From the NCBI GenBank assembly GCA_037441285.1, contig JBBISL010000003.1, forward strand, positions 74,763 through 138,762: a stretch of 64,000 nucleotides of DNA. The letters run 5' to 3'. The notes below the pieces were generated by a model that ran no database searches, was not told the origin of the DNA, and saw nothing but the letters and a program-made list of their open reading frames with translations. This DNA comes from a candidate division WOR-3 bacterium. GTDB lineage: Bacteria; Hydrothermota; Tepidihabitantia; Tepidihabitantales; Tepidihabitantaceae. How positions within the stretch are numbered: the first letter of the stretch is position 1; each line of letters opens with the position of its first letter. Made by a program: the position numbers and the translations under genes. Positions 47,658 to 57,942 of the stretch are shown here, one piece after another.

Positions 47658-49286
47658 CTATCTCAGTTTCAGAACTTTTGTCGGACTCGTACCGTTTTTG
47701 ACCCAGCAAAGATAAGCACCGGCAGGACAGGGTGTTCCATTGTCATCGGTACCATCCCAGATGACCTCAGTTTTAATGTGTTTTAGCGTGCGTACCGGTC
47801 TGCCACTGGCATCGTAGATGACAATTTCGGTGCCTGTGGTAGTTGAATTAGAGATGACCAGGCGGGTAGTATGTCGAAAGACCTGGGGCGTGGCAATAAC
47901 CCTGGTTGGTGGCAGAAGTACCGGTGCTTCCTGAATACCAACCTGTCCGACTGGAATTAGTGTATCATAAGGGTAGAGGTTATGGCCCGTAACCACGAGG
48001 CGCAGTCTACCGGTATCGGTTGGGTTGATGTTAAAGGCGATTGCGCCATAAGCGTCAGTGTAACCATATTCGTAAATTGTCGTGTCCATTGAGATGCACA
48101 CCAAGGCGTTGGCGATGGGTTGTTCATTAAGCAAGACGCGAACTGCTAACTCCTGGGGTTGGGGCGCGATGACATCCGGATGCTCCACAGTTGGAAGTTT
48201 CGGGGTTGTGGTCCAGATATCAAGGTCCGGGTCGCCCAAAAGATTAAACCCACGGTATTCAGCGACATCGGCGAATGCCCGGTAAGCCGAGTCTTTGGCA
48301 CGAATCATCGCCTGACCGAGTTTGGTTTTCCCTTCAAGGAAGAGCGCCCTGGAAAAGGCACGGGCAACCGCACTTCGTTTGCGGACCGTAAGGTTGCTGG
48401 AAGCAAGCGAATGGGTGTTACCGAAGAATGCAACCGCACCTTTAAGGTTAGTAACAGTTCCAGCTTTAACCCAGGAGTCGCCAACCATCTGTTCTCCTGG
48501 TGCCAGAGTCATCGTTTCACAGGTTATAGAAAGGATTATCGGTAGTTTTTTACCATTGTTTGTTAAATAAGGATTGACATTCATCGGCTGGTACCAGTTA
48601 CTGACACCGCTACCCCGATAAAGAACAATTCCGGTTCCGTTGTTGACCGAGTTAATGACATTATTAGCGGTGTGGCCGCGTAAATAGGAGAGTGAGTCAC
48701 AACTGACAAATCCGTTTGCGCCCGCGAGACTGGCAAATATTCGGATGTCGTTCCAGTAGATGGTGTCATCGGGGTCGCTATTTTCCCGGATAACGGTGGT
48801 GAGACGGCGCATCCAGAGGCTATCGGTAAGGTCCGGGTATCTTTCATAGGCAAGGGTTTTTGCAACCATTACACTGCACTGGAACGCAGAACTGGCAATG
48901 AATCTGCCAACTGGAATGTCCATATAGAGGTCGCTGTTTATATCACCGTAAACATTATCAGAATAGTAACCATATCCTCCCTGAATTCGATAGAAGCGTG
49001 CGGGAAGAGATGATGGTGAGCCGACGAGAAGGATGTATTCCGGTCTAACGGGCCAGGTGTTATAGGCGTTTCGGATATAGTTTTTAATAGCGGTGGTGTC
49101 TGCTGGAGTGCCGATTTCGGACAGTTTTACCACCTTACACTGCATACCCGAATAGTGCTTCCAGTCGGCAAGGGGTTTGATTACTGGCGCAAGGGCGTCG
49201 GTGGTAATGATAAGATACCTTGCCCCTTCTTCAGCCAAAACAAGAGAACAGATACCCAGTATGATGGGCAGAAGAAATCTTTTCAT
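47658..49286 (-). CDS. C25 (gingipain-family) peptidase-like secreted protein with FlgD-Ig/T9SS-like CTD
   Basis: Signal peptide, YLIIT, YILLVG, SDNVY, PVGRF, ILSITC, NLLGDP; C-terminal IYDASGR.V..WDG.D..G..AGAYL. Confidence 0.85.
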   Translation of the reverse strand: MKRFLLPIILGICSLVLAEEGARYLIITTDALAPVIKPLADWKHYSGMQCKVVKLSEIGTPADTTAIKNYIRNAYNTWPVRPEYILLVGSPSSLPARFYRIQGGYGYYSDNVYGDINSDLYMDIPVGRFIASSAFQCSVMVAKTLAYERYPDLTDSLWMRRLTTVIRENSDPDDTIYWNDIRIFASLAGANGFVSCDSLSYLRGHTANNVINSVNNGTGIVLYRGSGVSNWYQPMNVNPYLTNNGKKLPIILSITCETMTLAPGEQMVGDSWVKAGTVTNLKGAVAFFGNTHSLASSNLTVRKRSAVARAFSRALFLEGKTKLGQAMIRAKDSAYRAFADVAEYRGFNLLGDPDLDIWTTTPKLPTVEHPDVIAPQPQELAVRVLLNEQPIANALVCISMDTTIYEYGYTDAYGAIAFNINPTDTGRLRLVVTGHNLYPYDTLIPVGQVGIQEAPVLLPPTRVIATPQVFRHTTRLVISNSTTTGTEIVIYDASGRPVRTLKHIKTEVIWDGTDDNGTPCPAGAYLCWVKNGTSPTKVLKLR

Positions 49287-49407
49287 TTAAACCTCCCAGG
49301 GTTTAAGGTGTCGCGCACCTGATTTAAACATTTTAGACCGAGCCAGTTCATCGCGCTACAATATTTTACTTCTTGAACTTGGTTTGTCAAATGGGTATTA
49401 TTGGAAA

Positions 49408-50190
49408 ATGGCAAAAGAGCAAAAGAGCAGAAGGGCAGAGGTTCGGGTTTTAGTTATCGGTTGCGGTAAAGTTGGTAGTGCGCTTGTCTGGCATCTTTCC
49501 CGACTGGGGTATAAAGTTCTGACTGTAAGGCATCGGCTTGAAGATGCCCGCCATTTGGTGCCGGGTGTTGATGTGATTTTTTTCGCGGTGCCTGACCGAC
49601 AGATTCAGAAAATGTTTTTACGGTTAAGGCGGTATATTAAACCCGGGACTCTGGTGGTTCACCTTTCTGGTGCTTATGGTGTAGAACTTTTTAAAGGCGC
49701 GGTTGAGCGAGGTATAGACACTTTAGCACTACATCCGATCAAGAGTTTTTTTAGTCAAGGGCAGGCGAAAAAAGACCTGCCCGGAGGATACTTTGCGCTT
49801 GATGGCACGAGAAAAGGTTTGCGCTTTGGCCGGCGGCTGGTAGCGCAGTTAAAAGGAAAGGCGGTTTTTGTTCGTTCTGAAGTTCGACCACTTTATCACG
49901 CAATGTGTGTGTTCGGTAGCAATTTTATCCATCCATTGTTTTATGCGGTGGAGCAGATTGGCAAGGAGATTGGTTTTGCGCCGCAAAAGGCAAGGGAGAT
50001 TATTATGCCGTTAACTATTGGGGTGGTGCGAAACATAAAAAGGCAGGGAGCGGTTGCGAGTCTGACCGGACCGGTAAAACGCGGGGACTGGATAACGGTT
50101 AAACGTCATCTAAAAGCCCTAAAAGAGCGTCATCCTGAAATGGTGTCACTTTATAAGCGGTTAACCAGATTTCTTGAGGAGATGAGATGA
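49408..50190 (+). CDS. Rossmann-like plus DUF2520 protein (PanG-like oxidoreductase)
   Basis: IGCGKVG, AVPD, HLSGA, LHP, YHA, LTGPVKRGD. Confidence 0.85.
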   Translation: MAKEQKSRRAEVRVLVIGCGKVGSALVWHLSRLGYKVLTVRHRLEDARHLVPGVDVIFFAVPDRQIQKMFLRLRRYIKPGTLVVHLSGAYGVELFKGAVERGIDTLALHPIKSFFSQGQAKKDLPGGYFALDGTRKGLRFGRRLVAQLKGKAVFVRSEVRPLYHAMCVFGSNFIHPLFYAVEQIGKEIGFAPQKAREIIMPLTIGVVRNIKRQGAVASLTGPVKRGDWITVKRHLKALKERHPEMVSLYKRLTRFLEEMR

Positions 50191-51146
50191 AAAGGCAACT
50201 GTTGTTATTCGGTTTATTGCTACTATTGTGCGGGCAGTGCGCCAAGAAGATGCTGCCGCCCAGTCCAGACCGATTCCCACCCCGTATCGTTGAGGTTAAC
50301 GCCCGAACCCGGGTCCAGGTCGAACTGGTTTTTGATGAGGAAATTGACCCGGCAAGGTTTGTTCCTGAGAGTTTGAATATCACCGGGCTGGGGATAAGAG
50401 GGGTTTCAAGGGGAAGGGACCGAATGCGGGTTCTGGTGTGGACTGAGCCGCAATCGCCCCAGCGTTATCTCCTTCAGGGATTGGTATGGGATATGGCGGG
50501 CAATGCCGGCCGATTTCGCGCCGGTTTTCTGGGGTCAACCCGAATTGACACAATTTCTCCCCGGGTTGTATCGGTTTTACCAGCACCGGGTAGTGCCAAT
50601 CTCGGGCGGGGAATTCGCACCATCGTTCGATTCAGTGAACCGGTTGATACGAGTTTGCCCGTTAACTATATGATTGTGCCCGCGGAGTTCGAGACGCTTT
50701 TTCATCGGGTCTGGGAACCCAACTGGCAGGAGGTACATTTTGTCTGTCGGGACTCAATTGGTAAAGGACAGGTTTTTTACTTTTTATTACAACCCGGGTT
50801 TCAGGACCTGGAAGGCAATATCGGTTTGACACCGGCATGGACTTACTGGACAACGGATTCAGTTTTTAATAGTGTTCCGGTTAAGGGCAAAACCGATGTG
50901 CCGAGCGGAGCGGTTTTCTTTGAACAGGAGAGGACCAAGGCGGTGGCCCCGATTTTAGCAGACGGTTCATTTGAAGTTAAGGTGCCGGCGGGTGTTTATT
51001 CGGTGTTCGGGGTGAGCGATACCAATAGTGACGGTTTTGTTGACCTGATAAGTTCACCGGTTGAGTTTAACACCGCACTTGAGAGTTTAAAACTGATTAT
51101 GGTACCAGAATCAATACCCAAGCGGTTCAATGATTATCGCCATTAG
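50187..51146 (+). CDS. lipoprotein with Ig-like (Big_5-type) domains
   Basis: Lipobox-like CA...PP..D..PP; repeated F[DS]E.[IV]D and D..GN motifs. Confidence 0.65.
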   Translation: MKRQLLLFGLLLLLCGQCAKKMLPPSPDRFPPRIVEVNARTRVQVELVFDEEIDPARFVPESLNITGLGIRGVSRGRDRMRVLVWTEPQSPQRYLLQGLVWDMAGNAGRFRAGFLGSTRIDTISPRVVSVLPAPGSANLGRGIRTIVRFSEPVDTSLPVNYMIVPAEFETLFHRVWEPNWQEVHFVCRDSIGKGQVFYFLLQPGFQDLEGNIGLTPAWTYWTTDSVFNSVPVKGKTDVPSGAVFFEQERTKAVAPILADGSFEVKVPAGVYSVFGVSDTNSDGFVDLISSPVEFNTALESLKLIMVPESIPKRFNDYRH

Positions 51147-53133
51147 TTTTATTCTATTAATCCTGACATTTTTGCTTTACCTGAGCGATTTAGCAGAAAA
51201 GAGGAATTACCGGTTGTTTGTCCTTCGTCTTCTGGTAATTTTACTTCTGGGCTGGATAGCGGTTGGTAAAGTTCTGACCCTACAATGGAATCGTCAGCCG
51301 CGGCGTGTGGTATTTCTTGTGGACCGTTCCCGGAGTATGGAAATAGTTGGGGTTGACACGGTTGTTGACCAGGTACTTACCCTTTTGCTGGAAAGGATAA
51401 AAGGGGTTAAGCAGGAGGTCTGGTGGTTTGCGGATACGGCGATAAAATCGGGCCAGCGCGATGAGGTGGCGAAGTTAGGCAAGGAGCGCACCCGATTGGG
51501 AAAGGCGCTCGAAGTTGTCGGGCAAACCAATCCGGGTGCAGTCGTGTTGCTCAGTGATGGCCAGGATAACGGTGCGCGCGCGGTGGTTCCGGTTGTTCAG
51601 CGGTTAACGGTTCCAGTATATGCGGTGGGTTTCGGTGGCAAAGGAGGAAGAAACTTGACAATAGAAGAACTGGAATTACCGGCTGTTGTCTATGCCCGGG
51701 ATACTGTTAGGATTAGAGTGCGGCTGGCGAGTTCCGGATTTGCCAATCAGGAGCGGTGTCGGTTGCGCCTGAACGGACAAACAAAAGAGGTTTCCTTAGG
51801 AGCGGGTTGGAGTGAGCAGGATGTGTTTTTCCAGATGGTCTTCACCGAAAGCGGACGCAAGACAGTCCAGGTTATTGGTGAAAGCCTGCCCGGTGAATTG
51901 AGTTATCAGGACAATCGCCGGACCGGTTCGGTGGAGGTGAAACCGGCGCAACTCGCCATTTTCTATATTTCGAACCATCCTGGGCCACAGACAAGATTTA
52001 TCCGACGAGCACTGGAAAAAGACTCTCGGCTTGATGTCAAAGCGGCGATTAAGGTAACCGGCAATTTTTCAACCGAACGGGTAGCACTGGACAGTGCCGA
52101 TGTTTTTATTGTTGACGGTGCTGAGGAGACGCCGCGGGATAAAGAGTTCTGGTCCGCGCTGCGGGAACGGGTTGAAATGGGTGCGGGCGTGTTGGTACTT
52201 GCAGGAGATGCGTTTCAAGCCGGCAAGCAGTTGGAGCGATTGCTACCGGTAAAAGGTGGGCAACTTATGCGCGGGGAGTGGACACCGGTGAGCACCGAGC
52301 CGGGACTGTTTCTGCCCTGGTTGAGACAGGATGGTGTTAACCTGAGTTCGGTGCCGCCATTTAACAGCATCTGGATGGGCACGGTCGAAAATGAAAGGAC
52401 GACAGTGTGGATGACTACTGAGGAGAATCAAGCGCCGATTCTCGTGGCGGGCAGAACCGGTAAAGGAAAAGTTGTTTACCTTGCGGCATACCCATTGTGG
52501 CGCTGGGGATTTCTTGCCGATGCGTCGCCCGATAAACCAACACCGCTTGATGTTTTCCTTTCCGGGATAGTGCGCTATCTCAGCGAAAAAGATACCGGGC
52601 AATTTATCATTGAGACGGATGCGCTGAGCTATCTTGCTGGTGAGCGAATTACGCTGACACTTAAGGCGCGAAGACCGGACGGAACACCCTGGGAAGGGTT
52701 AGATGCGCGAGCGGTTGTCAAAGATTCCGGTGGTGGCAGTTTCGATGTCCCGATGCGGGAAACCGGATTCGGGCGTTACAAAACAGAAATTGAAGGTCTG
52801 GCTCCAGGGCGATATTTTGCCTATGTTGAGGTGCAAGACCAGAATCGGCTAATGAGTAAGACCGGTCCGGTTGAGTTTCGGGTAACAGAAGAAAGCGTTG
52901 AAATGACGCAACTGGGTCTTAATCAGGATTTAATGTCCCGAATTGCCCTGCTCAGCGGCGGCTGGTTTGTGCCGGCGGAGAGTATTGATGAAATTGACAC
53001 ACTTGAGTTCAAATTGGGGGTTTACCATAAACGATTTTCTCTGGACCCGAGAAGAAGTTTAATAATTTATGGGCTTCTTGCGGTGCTATTTGGGCTGGAA
53101 ATAGTTTTAAGGCGTCAAAGGGGGTTGTTGTAA
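51130..53133 (+). CDS. membrane-anchored vWA (MIDAS) plus GATase-like domain protein
   Basis: LVDRSRSM, LLSDG, PVYAVG, GKGKV..WRW, C-terminal TM 'EIVLRRQRGL'. Confidence 0.75.
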   Translation: MIIAISFILLILTFLLYLSDLAEKRNYRLFVLRLLVILLLGWIAVGKVLTLQWNRQPRRVVFLVDRSRSMEIVGVDTVVDQVLTLLLERIKGVKQEVWWFADTAIKSGQRDEVAKLGKERTRLGKALEVVGQTNPGAVVLLSDGQDNGARAVVPVVQRLTVPVYAVGFGGKGGRNLTIEELELPAVVYARDTVRIRVRLASSGFANQERCRLRLNGQTKEVSLGAGWSEQDVFFQMVFTESGRKTVQVIGESLPGELSYQDNRRTGSVEVKPAQLAIFYISNHPGPQTRFIRRALEKDSRLDVKAAIKVTGNFSTERVALDSADVFIVDGAEETPRDKEFWSALRERVEMGAGVLVLAGDAFQAGKQLERLLPVKGGQLMRGEWTPVSTEPGLFLPWLRQDGVNLSSVPPFNSIWMGTVENERTTVWMTTEENQAPILVAGRTGKGKVVYLAAYPLWRWGFLADASPDKPTPLDVFLSGIVRYLSEKDTGQFIIETDALSYLAGERITLTLKARRPDGTPWEGLDARAVVKDSGGGSFDVPMRETGFGRYKTEIEGLAPGRYFAYVEVQDQNRLMSKTGPVEFRVTEESVEMTQLGLNQDLMSRIALLSGGWFVPAESIDEIDTLEFKLGVYHKRFSLDPRRSLIIYGLLAVLFGLEIVLRRQRGLL

Positions 53134-53808
53134 ATGAATAGTCCAGTGCGGCAGATTCTTCGAGAGTTAAGCCGGAAATTGCTTTTTGTCGGGCTGATAA
53201 TGGCGATTTTGGGCATGACACCAGCAGCAGCAAGTACCGGAGAACGGATTGCCGAAAAGTTGCGAGCGAAGGGGTTGAGCCCGGAACTGGTGGTTTTTGT
53301 AATTGCGATGTTGCCGATAGTTGAGTTGCGCGGGGCGGTGCCAATCGGGAACAACCTTTTTCACCTGCCGTTATGGAAGACACTGGTTTTATCGGTTGTT
53401 GGGAATATCCTGCCGATAATTTTGATTTTACTTCTTCTGGAGCGGATGGTTTTATTCCTCAGCCGGTTTAATCTTTTCAAGCGTTTTTTTGACTGGTTAT
53501 TTAAGCGGACGCGCAGGAAAAGCGGGGTGATTGAGCGGTTTGAGTTCTGGGGTCTGGCGATATTTGTTGGTATTCCATTGCCGATGACCGGTGCTTGGAC
53601 CGGTGCGGTTGCCGCGATGTTGTTGGGTATGTCTTATTCCCGGGCGTTGTTGGGGATATTTTTAGGTGTGTTGATAGCAGCCGGGATTGTTACTGCGTTC
53701 TCCCTTCTGGGCTGGTGGGGTGCGGTAATTGCGGCGCTGGGCTTGGCAGTTATTCTGCTTTCTCAATTCCGGAAGGGGAGAAAGCAGAAACCGGACGCGC
53801 CGGAATAG
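53134..53808 (+). CDS. COG2426 small multidrug export-like membrane protein
   Basis: MLPIVELRGAVP, FVGIPLPMTGAWTG. Confidence 0.85.
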   Translation: MNSPVRQILRELSRKLLFVGLIMAILGMTPAAASTGERIAEKLRAKGLSPELVVFVIAMLPIVELRGAVPIGNNLFHLPLWKTLVLSVVGNILPIILILLLLERMVLFLSRFNLFKRFFDWLFKRTRRKSGVIERFEFWGLAIFVGIPLPMTGAWTGAVAAMLLGMSYSRALLGIFLGVLIAAGIVTAFSLLGWWGAVIAALGLAVILLSQFRKGRKQKPDAPE

Positions 53809-55750
53809 TACCTGCAACCGCCGATGGGCGGTAAGTAGGGACAAACTGAGTTAACGCTTTTTTTACTTCGTCGGGGTTGAGAAATTCAAGTTTTGCTTCC
53901 AGTTCGAAAATTTTACCCATTAGTTCAGGGTAAGAGTAGTTTCGGGAAATTCTTGCCCGGTAAATACGCTCGTGTTCGGTGGCAATGGTACCTTCTTCGG
54001 CAGTCAAGAGTTCTTCGAATAATTTTTCACCGGGGCGGACACCGGTAACGATTATCGGGATGTCAACATTGGGAGTTAAGCCGGCAAGTTCGACCATACG
54101 GTGTGCCAGGTCCCAGATGCGCACCGGTTTACCCATATCAAGGACAAAAACCTCACCACCCTTGCCCAGTGCCGCTGCCTGCAATACGAGCGTTACCGCT
54201 TCACTGGTTAACATAAGATACCGCTTCATCTCCGGATGGGTAACGGTGATGGGCTGACGCTTAATGATGGCATCGCGAAAGATGGTTGAAACGCTGCCCC
54301 GGCTGTCAAGGACATTGCCAAACCGCACAACTACCACCTTCATATCACTCAATTCATTCATTGCGGTGACGAGCATCTCGCCGAGCCGTTTGGTTGCGCC
54401 CATTACACTGGTGGGATTGACCGCTTTGTCGGTAGAGATGTATATGAAGGTGCGGGTCTGGTAGCGGATGGCGGTTTTGGCGACAAAATGGGTTCCTAAG
54501 ACATTGGCTCTAATAGCCTCTTCGGGGTGAAATTCCAGTACCGGTACATGTTTGTAGGCGGCGGCATGGAACACTATTTCGGGCCGCGATTCCGCAAATG
54601 CCCGCTCCAGGTCCTGGGTATGATTGATGTCGCCGAGAAAAGGTTGAATCCGCAGGTTGGGGTAAAACATCCGGAGTTCGCGTTCGATGTAAAACAGGTT
54701 GGAGTCGTCGCGCTCAAACAGGACCAGTAGTTCTGGACTAAAGCGGGCAAGTTGCCGGCACAGTTCCGAGCCGATTGAACCACCCGCGCCGGTTACCAGA
54801 ATCCTTTTACCAGAAAAAATCCGGCGCATCTGGTTGACATCAACTGTTACCGGAGGTCTGCCGGTCAGTTCGTGGATGCACAGTTTTTCGAGGGCGCCGA
54901 GGTCAGAACGGTCTTCAAGAATGTCAACCAGCGAAGGCATCGTTTTTACCTCAACTTTGCCAATCTGATGGAGTCGAGCATAAAAGTCGCCTAAACTGAA
55001 TCCCGGGTTGGATTCGAGCATCACCATTACCACTTCAATCCGGTACCGTTCAACTATCGCCTCAATGTCATCGGTTGTGCCTACCACTTCGATACCTTGC
55101 TCATAGTTGCCAACCTGATTTGGGTCCGGGGTAACGATACCAACGATGTAGTAGTTAAAGTTAGTTAATCGGCGCAGGATGTTTGGGATAAAGTAACCAT
55201 AACGTGCCGAGATGGCGAGCAGGGTTCGCTTGCCTTCAGCATTGGTGAAGAGCGGTTCGAGCAGTAACCTTCGGCTGCCGCGAAAAGCGGCAAGGAAAAA
55301 GAAAATTATAAGTCCAATGAGTATCGGACTGACGGGTGAAAGGGCGCGCCATACGGGAAATAGGCGCAGAAGAAAGTGACTCGTTGTTACAAGGGAACTG
55401 GCAGCAAACAACTTTCGTAAATCGGAGAGCGAAAATGTGACCCAGGCGAGTGAGTAGTTACGCAGGGCAAAGTTGGCACCGATTGTAAGAATGATATTGG
55501 TAATGGCGAGGATTAAGAGTCGTTGGGGCGGGGAAATAGATAAACTTATCACCGGTTGGGGTACAAGGAGATTAACTACCGCTATTGTTAGAATGGCCAC
55601 CAGTGCATCACCGAGCAAAAAGAAAAACCGGCGCCGGCTTGCCCTTACCGATAGTTGATGACCGATAAATTTTTGCGTCTGGGTTATTAATTCCCTGAAG
55701 TTGCGGCGCTCGAACCTGCCGCCTCTTTCTACGGTGGCGCTAATGCTCAT
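53750..55750 (-). CDS. CapD/PglF-like nucleoside-diphosphate sugar 4,6-dehydratase
   Basis: N-terminal TMs; VTGAGGSIGSEL, HAAAYKHVP, STDKAVNPTSVMGATK, RFGNVL.SRGS, RPGEKL.EEL. Confidence 0.93.
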   Translation of the reverse strand: MSISATVERGGRFERRNFRELITQTQKFIGHQLSVRASRRRFFFLLGDALVAILTIAVVNLLVPQPVISLSISPPQRLLILAITNIILTIGANFALRNYSLAWVTFSLSDLRKLFAASSLVTTSHFLLRLFPVWRALSPVSPILIGLIIFFFLAAFRGSRRLLLEPLFTNAEGKRTLLAISARYGYFIPNILRRLTNFNYYIVGIVTPDPNQVGNYEQGIEVVGTTDDIEAIVERYRIEVVMVMLESNPGFSLGDFYARLHQIGKVEVKTMPSLVDILEDRSDLGALEKLCIHELTGRPPVTVDVNQMRRIFSGKRILVTGAGGSIGSELCRQLARFSPELLVLFERDDSNLFYIERELRMFYPNLRIQPFLGDINHTQDLERAFAESRPEIVFHAAAYKHVPVLEFHPEEAIRANVLGTHFVAKTAIRYQTRTFIYISTDKAVNPTSVMGATKRLGEMLVTAMNELSDMKVVVVRFGNVLDSRGSVSTIFRDAIIKRQPITVTHPEMKRYLMLTSEAVTLVLQAAALGKGGEVFVLDMGKPVRIWDLAHRMVELAGLTPNVDIPIIVTGVRPGEKLFEELLTAEEGTIATEHERIYRARISRNYSYPELMGKIFELEAKLEFLNPDEVKKALTQFVPTYRPSAVAGTIPARPVSAFSPSGIEKAE

Positions 55751-55813
55751 TATGTTTCCCCTTCGGGGGATTTAATGAAAAAATACAATTCGCTCCCTCC
55801 TGAAAAGGATAAG

Positions 55814-55830
55814 AGCAACGATTATGCCCG
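55814..55830 (-). promoter_or_regulatory. putative sigma54 (-24/-12) promoter of the capD-like gene
   Basis: Minus strand CGGGCATAATCGTTGCT fits GG-N10-GC; an AT-rich tract and the inverted repeat GTCTC-N11-GAGAC (55892-55912) lie upstream. Confidence 0.5.
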
Positions 55831-56015
55831 GAATTACATATTGAGCCCAATTTTATAAGCGGCAAATTTTTAATATGTTATGAAACAGTTCGTCTCTTAT
55901 AATTGGTGAGACACAGAAGATAAAGTATTGTGCTGTTTTTATAACTTATTGATTCACCACAACTAACAGTGCGACACCTGTTGATAATGCCCGATGCGAG
56001 GGCGCAATTTTGGTT

Positions 56016-57914
56016 TTAATTGTCCAGATTATTGAGAAATGATTTTACTTTATTGATTTCTGGTGAGTTAGGTTCTAATTTGATAAATCTTGTTAGGTAA
56101 AATCGGGCGCTGTCCGATTTCCCCTCCAGTGCAAACACCAGCCCTTTGTTTTCGATGGCGGCGGTGTAATCAGGGTAGTATTGTAATGCAAGATTGAAAT
56201 CGCTGATGGCACCCGTTTCATCGCCCCGGGCGTATCGGAGCATGCCGCGACGGTTGGCGGTTGCAGCAAAGCGGCGGCACAGGTCTTCAGCATAGGGGTC
56301 GTAGAATTTTTCTGTAGAGTATTTATCCGGTTCAGGAAAGGTGAATTTGATGTTGGAGTCAAGTGTGGTGTCTTCAAAAGGGCGAAACTCATAGGTCAGT
56401 CCGTGTAACCTTAACCGAAACCCGTACCATCCTTCCAGCACATTGGAAAAATCCCGGGGAAAGTAGAATGCCGGTCTGGGTGCAAGGTTCAGGAGCAGGT
56501 GAAACTTAATCTCCTGGACCCTTTCTGCGGCAATTGTGCCAAACCGGGTGTTGTTCACTCCCGAAGGTTTTTCCCACAGAGTACGGGCAAGGGTAAAGCA
56601 GGTGTCAGGAACCGGAACTGTTCTCGACAACTGTTTCAAATACCAGGGAAATGCGAGGTGGTGTTCACTGATGACGGTGATGTGATGTTCGGATTGTTCA
56701 ACAATATTGTACCAGTTTAGCGCCTGAAACAGGCTGTAGTCGTCGGTAAAGAGAACGGCACGGTCAGGCATTTCCGCGCTTATTGAGCGGGCAAGGTCAG
56801 AAAGCGCGGTGAGATGGGAGCGGTTTTGCCGGGGATAGTTCCAGATGGCGACGCCAATGAGCGCAAACAGGATAATGCCGAAAAGGGCAAGGCGGACTTT
56901 GTTCGTCCGGAAAATCTGAAAAGAGGTGCCGATAAAAATCGCCAAGCAGAAGTATGCCGGTAAAAAATAGCCTTCCTTGTCTGGAATGTTGTAGAGAAGT
57001 GCGGCGCCGACCGCAAGGGCGATGCCAGTGAGTAAAGCAGCAAACAACCGTTTGTCTTTTCTCAGGACCCAGATAACACCCGGGAAAAGCATAAGCCAGA
57101 ACAGGGTAAACTGTTTGAGTAAGGTTTGAGGCACATTAGAAAACTGTTGAGCAAGATAACCGGCACCACCGGCAAGGAAGCGGTAACGGTAAACCGCGGC
57201 GCTGATGTAGCGGAAGAACTCATTTACGGAATTAATACCCGCCCAGGAGGGCGGTTGTTGAGAGCGGAACGGTAAAGTGAAGTAGAGCAGGGGTCCGAAT
57301 AACAAAAGTAAAATCAGGAAGAGCCAGTGACGAAGACGAAGGGTTTTTAAAACGGGAGTTTTGAGCAACAGCAAAAACGCTGGAATCCAGATTAAAATGA
57401 ACAAATGGTTGGCAAGAGCCAGCCCGAAACTAAAACAGAAAAAATAAAGGTAATTGAGGGCAGATGTCTCCCGCCAGAGTAATAGAGCCCAAAGGGTTAA
57501 GGCAAAGAGGAAAACCTGGAAGGCGTACACTTCAATCGCGGTTGCCTGCTGCCACAGTTCAAACGATAGCGCCCAGATAAGGGCGCCCAAAAGGGCGGTT
57601 TTCAAATCTTTTGTCAGGTGGTTGATAATGTGAAAGAGAATCAAACAGGAGCCTGCTGCAGCAAAAGCTGATATCAGGTTGATGCGAAAAGGAAGGGTAA
57701 AGACCGGCAGTAAGGAGACAAGGCTGAGTATGTTGAGGAGTAACGGATAACCGGGCGGATGAACCAAACCGAAAATACGGGTGGCAAGGACAAACTCGGC
57801 AGAGTCAAACCAGTACAGGTCATGGCAGGTGGTCAAGAGATAGAGTAGGAACGGTGCGAAAAAGGCGAAAAGAGCGTAAATCGGTTTCGCCTTCTGGAGA
57901 CTTATTTTATGCAC
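56016..57914 (-). CDS. DUF2723/TMEM260-like GT-C glycosyltransferase with C-terminal TPR
   Basis: DSAEF, HPPGYPL, AIEVY, LALANH, many TMs, TPR-like C-terminus. Confidence 0.85.
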   Translation of the reverse strand: MHKISLQKAKPIYALFAFFAPFLLYLLTTCHDLYWFDSAEFVLATRIFGLVHPPGYPLLLNILSLVSLLPVFTLPFRINLISAFAAAGSCLILFHIINHLTKDLKTALLGALIWALSFELWQQATAIEVYAFQVFLFALTLWALLLWRETSALNYLYFFCFSFGLALANHLFILIWIPAFLLLLKTPVLKTLRLRHWLFLILLLLFGPLLYFTLPFRSQQPPSWAGINSVNEFFRYISAAVYRYRFLAGGAGYLAQQFSNVPQTLLKQFTLFWLMLFPGVIWVLRKDKRLFAALLTGIALAVGAALLYNIPDKEGYFLPAYFCLAIFIGTSFQIFRTNKVRLALFGIILFALIGVAIWNYPRQNRSHLTALSDLARSISAEMPDRAVLFTDDYSLFQALNWYNIVEQSEHHITVISEHHLAFPWYLKQLSRTVPVPDTCFTLARTLWEKPSGVNNTRFGTIAAERVQEIKFHLLLNLAPRPAFYFPRDFSNVLEGWYGFRLRLHGLTYEFRPFEDTTLDSNIKFTFPEPDKYSTEKFYDPYAEDLCRRFAATANRRGMLRYARGDETGAISDFNLALQYYPDYTAAIENKGLVFALEGKSDSARFYLTRFIKLEPNSPEINKVKSFLNNLDN

Positions 57915-57942
57915 AAAACGATTAGCCTGAAGCGCGCCGCAA

